64,000 bases of DNA, from positions 1,369,471 through 1,433,470 of the forward strand of contig OY970386.1 of the NCBI GenBank assembly GCA_963719465.1, read 5' to 3'. The position numbers and the translations under genes are program-made. Shown here one piece after another: positions 59,148 to 64,000 of the stretch. Every line of letters starts with the position of its first letter. The first letter of the stretch is position 1. Origin of the DNA: an uncultured Chloroflexia bacterium. GTDB lineage: Bacteria; Chloroflexota; Dehalococcoidia; DSTF01; JALHUB01. Below the pieces are notes generated by a model. It saw nothing but the letters and a program-made list of their open reading frames with translations. It was not told the origin of the DNA and did no database searches.

Positions 59148-59468
59148 ATGAACACGAAGCTTCATCCGCCCGAGACGCTGGTGCGGTTGCGACGTCTTGA
59201 AGGGCAAATCAGGGGCATTCAGCGGATGCTGGAGGAAGACCGAGGCTGCGAGCAGCTTCTGACGCAGTTGATGGCGGTCCGCGCCGGCATTGACCAGGTC
59301 GGCCTGATCCTGCTGGAGACGCACATCGAGAAGTGCCTGCTGACGGACCTGGAGGCAACGGACCCGGAACGCGTGCGGGAGCTGCGCGAGACGCTGAAGA
59401 TGTGGGCGCGCTTTGGGCTGGTTCCGGGCGCGGCGCTCCCCTGGCTGGAAGAGACGTCGGAGCAGTAG
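59148..59468 (+). CDS. csoR: CsoR/RcnR-family metal-sensing transcriptional repressor
   Basis: 106 aa; conserved RGCEQL...H...C ligand pattern of the CsoR (DUF156) family. Confidence 0.8.
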   Translation: MNTKLHPPETLVRLRRLEGQIRGIQRMLEEDRGCEQLLTQLMAVRAGIDQVGLILLETHIEKCLLTDLEATDPERVRELRETLKMWARFGLVPGAALPWLEETSEQ

Positions 59469-59479
59469 GGGCGGGGGCG

Positions 59480-61549
59480 CTAGGAACGCACGCGCTTCTG
59501 CTTGTGCGTCACGTAGTCGATGAGGACGTATTCGCCCAGGCCTTCGGGCGTCGTGTAGAAGATTCGCCCCTTGTTGATCTTCGCGAGCTTGTCGACGAAA
59601 TCGTTGAGCTGGTAGTTGCGGTCGAGCATGAAGACGTTGATGACAATGCCGGCGTCAGTGCAGCGCTTGACCTCCCGCAAGGTCGCGGCGATGGTCGCGG
59701 CGCTGGGCGGGTAGGCGAAGCGGGCGTGGCCGCGCTCGAGATGGGCGGTCGGCTCGCCGTCGGAGATCATGATGATCTGGCGCGTTCCCACCTTGTGCTT
59801 CGCCAGCAGCTTCTGGGCGATGATGAGCGCGTGGTGCATGTTGGTGCCGAGGACCGACTCGTCCCAGTTCAGGTAGGGCAGATCCTGAGCGTCGACCTGA
59901 TGGGCGTAGGCTGAGAAGCCGACGATGTAGAGCGCGTCGCGGGAGAACTTGCCGGCGATGAGGCTATTCAGGGCGAGCGCGACCTTCTTCGCGGCCTGGA
60001 AGCTGCCGCGCAGGGCCATCGACCAGGAGAGGTCGACGAGGACGACGGTTGAGGTCTGGGAGAGCAGCTCGCTGCGGTAGACCTCGAAGTCGCCTTCCTC
60101 CAGGTGAACGGGCGGCCCGGGCGAGGGCTCCCGCTGGAGCGAGTTCATGATCGTCTGCTGGAGGTGGAAGTGCATCGGGTCGCCGAACTCGTAGCGCTTC
60201 GTCTCGTCCGCCGGGTCGCCGACGAGGCCGGCGCTGCGGGTGAGGTGGCTGCCGGCGCGGCCGGACCGGATGCGCGAGTAGACTTCCTCGAGCGCCCTCT
60301 CGCCGATCTTGCGGATTGCGCGCGGCGTTAGCTCCCAGCCGCGGCCTTTGCGGCGGACGTACCCCTCGCGCTCAAGCACTTCCAGGAAGCGCCGCAGCTG
60401 CTCGAACGATTCCTTCGCCTCGTCGCCGAGCAGGCGGGCGATGCGCTCCGGGTCGATCTCCTCGATGTCGCCGCCTTGCTCGACGCGCTGGAGCTGGCTC
60501 TCCAGGCCATCGAGGTCCTGCATGTGGTCCATGAGGCGCATCGCTTCGCTGATGTCGAGCCCCTCCTCGCCGCGGAAGGAATAGCGGCTGCGCAGGAGGT
60601 TCATGGGGTAGAGGAGGTCGAGGGCGGCGGCGAGCTCATTCAGCTCTTCATTCAGCTCGGGGTCGGCAATCTTTTCGCCCAGGAGGTCGTGGAGCTGGTC
60701 GCGCAGGTCAGGGGGCAGGCTGTCGAGGACGGCGGTCATCTGGCCGATCTGCTGCTGCATCTGCGCGACGAGGTCGTCGAGGCTCTGCGGCGGCTCCGGG
60801 CCGAAGAGGTCGCCATGTTTGGCCATGAACTCGTCGAAGTTGGGCTCTTCGCCGGCGATCTTTTCGGAGATCATGCGGTTGAGGTCTTTGACCATGTCCT
60901 TGAGGCGCGCCATCTGCGCTGGCGACATGTCGGAGATGCGGCGATGTAGCTCTTTGAAGAAGGAGTCGAGCATGGCCTTGCGGAGCATCTCCAGGAGCTC
61001 CTGGAACTTGTGCTGGGCCTCGGGGTCGATGAACTCGTAGTCCTGCAGGCCTTTCACCTGGCCGCCGATGTCGCCGGGTAAGCGCTTCAGGTAGTCCTGC
61101 TTGCGCTCGATGATGTTCTTCAGCATCCCGGCGAACTGGCGCTCCGGCTCCTCTTCCGGCTCTTCGCCCTGGCCGGCGTCGGGCGGCTCGGCGGGCGACG
61201 CGCTCTGCTCGATCTGGGTCTGCGCCTCTTCCAGGCGGCGTCGGAGGGTGTCCTTTTCCATGCGCAAGACCTCGTCGACGCGCTGGCGGATGTCCTCGAT
61301 GACAGACGTGAGGTCGTAGCGCTCGAGGAGCTGGCGGCGCTGCTGGCGAAGGCGGCGGAGCAGCTCGCGGAGGCCGGGGACGCGCTGGCCCTGCTGGTTC
61401 AGAAGGCCGCGCTGCAGGAGTCCGCGGAGGGCGTGCTGAAGGTCGCCGAAAGAGAGGAGGTCGTCGGTGAGGCCGCGGAGGAGGTCGTCCGCGTCGGGAG
61501 TTGGGACGTCGCGACTGCCAGTCCACCGGGAGTAGCGGTAGCGGTGCAT
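59480..61549 (-). CDS. VWA domain-containing protein (ChlD/CoxE-like partner of an AAA+ ATPase), with an acidic Pro/Glu linker
   Basis: 689 aa; C-terminal von Willebrand A domain with a MIDAS-type VDLSWSM...; the N-terminal region is coiled-coil/Arg-Leu rich. Confidence 0.75.
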   Translation of the reverse strand: MHRYRYSRWTGSRDVPTPDADDLLRGLTDDLLSFGDLQHALRGLLQRGLLNQQGQRVPGLRELLRRLRQQRRQLLERYDLTSVIEDIRQRVDEVLRMEKDTLRRRLEEAQTQIEQSASPAEPPDAGQGEEPEEEPERQFAGMLKNIIERKQDYLKRLPGDIGGQVKGLQDYEFIDPEAQHKFQELLEMLRKAMLDSFFKELHRRISDMSPAQMARLKDMVKDLNRMISEKIAGEEPNFDEFMAKHGDLFGPEPPQSLDDLVAQMQQQIGQMTAVLDSLPPDLRDQLHDLLGEKIADPELNEELNELAAALDLLYPMNLLRSRYSFRGEEGLDISEAMRLMDHMQDLDGLESQLQRVEQGGDIEEIDPERIARLLGDEAKESFEQLRRFLEVLEREGYVRRKGRGWELTPRAIRKIGERALEEVYSRIRSGRAGSHLTRSAGLVGDPADETKRYEFGDPMHFHLQQTIMNSLQREPSPGPPVHLEEGDFEVYRSELLSQTSTVVLVDLSWSMALRGSFQAAKKVALALNSLIAGKFSRDALYIVGFSAYAHQVDAQDLPYLNWDESVLGTNMHHALIIAQKLLAKHKVGTRQIIMISDGEPTAHLERGHARFAYPPSAATIAATLREVKRCTDAGIVINVFMLDRNYQLNDFVDKLAKINKGRIFYTTPEGLGEYVLIDYVTHKQKRVRS

Positions 61550-61553
61550 GGCC

Positions 61554-62954
61554 CTAGCCTCGATAGTGCGCGCGGTGGCCGACGATGTCTTTGCTGAGGC
61601 GCTTGTTGAGGTGGAGGCCTTCGAGGACGAATTCGACGGCGGAGGCGACGGCGGCGGGCTTTTCGCCGACCTTCAGGTGGGCGACGGCGCGCTCCAGGCC
61701 CGGTACGCTCTTGAGCAGAGAGACGTAGCTTTTGGCGGGCGTCAGGTCGGAGGTCTCGACGACGAGGCCACCCTTGAAGCCGTCGACGGTCTGCTCGAGG
61801 TCGTCGAGGTTGAAGTAGCGGTTGAAGACGGAAAGAGCGCCGCTGGCGACCAGCTTCTCCAGGATCTGCTCTTCGCGGCTCTCATCCAGCGTCTCGAACT
61901 CGATCTTGCCGCTGAGGGCGGGGAACAGGTAGTAGAGATCGCTGATGCGGGGGACGACCTCTTTTTCGTCGAGCCGGATGGCGCGACGAAGGGCGTTGGC
62001 GAGGAGTGTCTCGTAGTCGGTGATGGAGGCGCGGACGGACACGCCGGAGCGCTGGTTGACATCGGGGCTGCGGCGGGCGAGGCGGGTGATCTCGGCGATG
62101 ATCTCTTTCATATACTGGGGGACGAAGACGTCCTTCACTTCTTGCGGGAGGACTCGTGCTTCCTGCTCCATGACCGCGATCTCGTCGTCGACGGTACGCG
62201 GGTAGTGGGTGCGGATCTGGGCGCCGAAGCGGTCCTTGAGCGGGGTGATGATGCGGCCGCGGTTGGTGTAGTCCTCCGGGTTGGCGCTGGCGACGATGAA
62301 GACGTCGAGGGGCAGGCGGACGCGATAGCCGCGGACCTGGACGTCGCGCTCTTCCATGATGTTGAGGAGACCGACCTGGATGCGCTCGGCGAGATCGGGC
62401 AGCTCGTTTATGGAGAAGATGCCGCGGTTGCTGCGGGGGACGAGGCCGTAGTGGATGGTGAGCTCGTCGGAGAGGTAGCGGCCCTCGGCGACCTTGATCG
62501 GGTCGATCTCGCCGATGAGGTCGGCGATGGTGATGTCCGGCGTGGCGAGCTTCTCGCCGTAGCGCTCTTCGGGCGTGAGCCAGACGATGGGCAGGTTGTC
62601 GCCCTCGTCGGCGGCGCGGTCGCGGCAGGCGCGGCAGATGGGAGCGAAGGGGTCGTCGTTTATCTCGCAGCCGGCGACGGCGGGAACGGCGTCGTCCAGG
62701 AGCTCGACGAGCTGGCGGATGAGGCGGGACTTGGCCTGGCCGCGCTCGCCGAGGAAGATGACATCCTGGCCGGAGAGGATGGCGTTTTCAAGCTGCGGGA
62801 GGACGGTGTCTTCGAAGCCGATGAGGCCGGGGAAGAGCGGCTGGCCGGCCCGCATCTTGCGGATGAGGTTGCCGCGCATCTCCTCGCGGACGGGCTTCGT
62901 GCGATAGCCGGAGGAGCGCAGTTCGCCGAGCGTCTTGGGTCGGTCCTTCGTCAT
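61554..62954 (-). CDS. ChlI/BchI-like AAA+ ATPase (magnesium-chelatase subunit I family)
   Basis: 466 aa; Walker A GERGQAKS, a Cys-containing insertion (CEINDDPFAPICRACRD), Walker B/sensor regions, and a C-terminal helical domain as in ChlI. Lies 4 nt upstream of the VWA gene. Confidence 0.75.
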   Translation of the reverse strand: MTKDRPKTLGELRSSGYRTKPVREEMRGNLIRKMRAGQPLFPGLIGFEDTVLPQLENAILSGQDVIFLGERGQAKSRLIRQLVELLDDAVPAVAGCEINDDPFAPICRACRDRAADEGDNLPIVWLTPEERYGEKLATPDITIADLIGEIDPIKVAEGRYLSDELTIHYGLVPRSNRGIFSINELPDLAERIQVGLLNIMEERDVQVRGYRVRLPLDVFIVASANPEDYTNRGRIITPLKDRFGAQIRTHYPRTVDDEIAVMEQEARVLPQEVKDVFVPQYMKEIIAEITRLARRSPDVNQRSGVSVRASITDYETLLANALRRAIRLDEKEVVPRISDLYYLFPALSGKIEFETLDESREEQILEKLVASGALSVFNRYFNLDDLEQTVDGFKGGLVVETSDLTPAKSYVSLLKSVPGLERAVAHLKVGEKPAAVASAVEFVLEGLHLNKRLSKDIVGHRAHYRG

Positions 62955-62995
62955 TTCAGTCCTTCCGCGATTAGTACCCTATAAATGTTAACCGG

Positions 62996-63766
62996 TTGTC
63001 GGGGAAGAACGCTACTGCCAGCGGCGAGGGAAGAACAGCGGTCGCCGTGCTAAAATCGATGGCGATTTCGGAGGGCGCGTTGCGACTGCTGACGGCGAAA
63101 GAGGTCATCGACCTGCTGGGGGCGCAGTACGGCGAGCTGCCGCGGCGGCCGCGTCGGGAGCCGCTGGACGAGCTGGTGCTGGGCGTTCTGTCGCAGAACA
63201 CGTCGGACAGGAACTCGGAGCGGGCGTTCGCGGAGCTGAGGCGCCGGCTGCCGGACTGGCGGCGGGTGCTGGAAGGGCGGGCGTCGGAGGTGGAGGAGGC
63301 GATACGGCCGGGAGGACTGGCGCCAACGAAGTCGCTTCGCATCAAGGCGATGCTGGCGGAGATCCTGCGGCGACGGGACTCGTTCGACCTGTCGTTTTTG
63401 GGCGAGGGGCCACTCGATGAGGCGCAGGCGTGGCTGCGGTCGTTGCCGGGCGTGGGGCCGAAGACGGCGGCGGTGACGCTGCTGTTCTCGCTGGGACGGC
63501 CGGCGTTCCCGGTCGATACGCATGTGCATCGGGTGCTGCTGCGGCTGGGACTAGCGCCAAAGGGGGCGTCGGCGACGCAGGCGCAGTCGATCTGGCAGGG
63601 GCGACTGGCGCCGGAGGAGGTTTATCCGTTCCATATGTATTTGATCGCGCACGGGCGTCGCACCTGCGTCGCGCGGCGGCCGCGCTGCCCTGGGTGCAGC
63701 CTGCGGCGTCGATGCCCGTCGGCGGCTGAGTTCTACGCCGAGCTCAGCGCGGCCGCCGCGCCCTGA
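62996..63766 (+). CDS. nth: endonuclease III family DNA glycosylase (HhH-GPD with a 4Fe-4S cluster)
   Basis: HhH motif LPGVGPKTA, catalytic region, C-terminal CVARRPRCPGCSLRRRC cluster; the true start may be the internal Met at ~63059. Confidence 0.8.
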   Translation: MSGKNATASGEGRTAVAVLKSMAISEGALRLLTAKEVIDLLGAQYGELPRRPRREPLDELVLGVLSQNTSDRNSERAFAELRRRLPDWRRVLEGRASEVEEAIRPGGLAPTKSLRIKAMLAEILRRRDSFDLSFLGEGPLDEAQAWLRSLPGVGPKTAAVTLLFSLGRPAFPVDTHVHRVLLRLGLAPKGASATQAQSIWQGRLAPEEVYPFHMYLIAHGRRTCVARRPRCPGCSLRRRCPSAAEFYAELSAAAAP

Positions 63767-63906
63767 GGCATCGCCTCAGGGCCGACGCCCCCCAGTTCGT
63801 CGTACACGCAATCCTTTCTTGCCTGCCGTCGCTGCCGTCGCTATACTTTAACCTTCGATTACGGCTCGTCGCACGTTGCAGGCGATGGGTCTCGCTGGAG
63901 GAGAAG

Positions 63907-64000
63907 TTGACTACCGTAGGGATAATGGGCGCGACCGGCTACGCGGGCATCGAGCTCGCGCGGCTGCTCTACAGGCATCCGAACGTTCGGCTGGCGTCGG
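63907..64000 (+). CDS. argC: N-acetyl-gamma-glutamyl-phosphate reductase, N-terminal fragment (continues past the window end)
   Basis: (L)TTVGIMGATGYAGIELARLLYRHPNVRLAS... with a GGAGGA RBS; typical ArgC Rossmann start. Confidence 0.6.
   Translation, partial: MTTVGIMGATGYAGIELARLLYRHPNVRLAS

Noticed and set aside
1-64000. CRISPR arrays and rRNA genes
   Set aside because: No regularly spaced short direct repeats and no rRNA-like conserved stretches were seen anywhere in the window.

Overview
This is a high-GC (~65-70%) bacterial chromosomal window, probably a Chloroflexi/Thermomicrobia-like organism, dominated by housekeeping genes. Its core, on the minus strand, is the complete ribosomal-protein supercluster running rpsL-rpsG-fusA, then S10 (rpsJ...rpsQ), spc (rplN...rplO-secY-adk-map-infA-rpmJ) and alpha (rpsM-rpsK-rpsD-rpoA-rplQ), followed by truA-rplM-rpsI. 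tuf is absent from this locus. Flanking genes include mtnP, an acyl-CoA dehydrogenase, glycerate kinase, mtaB, scpB, rimO, a rodZ-like gene, livGF ATPases, bioY, a GDP-mannose-type trio (sugar nucleotidyltransferase, phosphomannomutase, PGI/PMI), rpsU, yqeY, a GT2 glycosyltransferase, a GalT-like gene, purH-purM-purF and purA, dapA-asd, an ABC-2 exporter, trxA-trxB, csoR, a ChlI-like AAA+ ATPase with a VWA partner, nth and the start of argC. I could support three tRNA genes: tRNA-His(GTG), tRNA-Arg(TCG), and a 98-nt tRNA with an 8/5 acceptor/T-stem and a CUUCAAA anticodon loop that aligns closely with E. coli selC (tRNA-Sec). No rRNA or CRISPR was found. Mobile DNA is present. Two identical IS481-family copies lie in inverted orientation at 12.2 kb and 41.3 kb, bracketing the whole 28-kb ribosomal region; each has its own 15-16 bp target duplication, and copy 2 sits exactly at the -35 of the str-operon promoter. 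A low-GC islet at 50.6-52.4 kb carries a tight 3-gene operon of unknowns beside an IS1595-family transposase remnant. Five highly conserved genes (rpoA, rpsD, map, fusA, GalT-like) each carry a single +1 frameshift at a short G/C or A/T run, which looks like a systematic homopolymer sequencing error and should be checked before any biological interpretation. Other items worth a second look: a partial direct duplication of the selC 5' half flanking a 350-bp low-GC insert, a CsoR operator palindrome in the trxAB/csoR divergent promoter, a LexA-like GAAC-N4-GTTC box in front of an unannotated 39-aa Cys-rich ORF, and long low-complexity tails on several ribosomal proteins. Most of the remaining ORFs in the six-frame track are antisense or shadow ORFs typical of high-GC DNA and were rejected.
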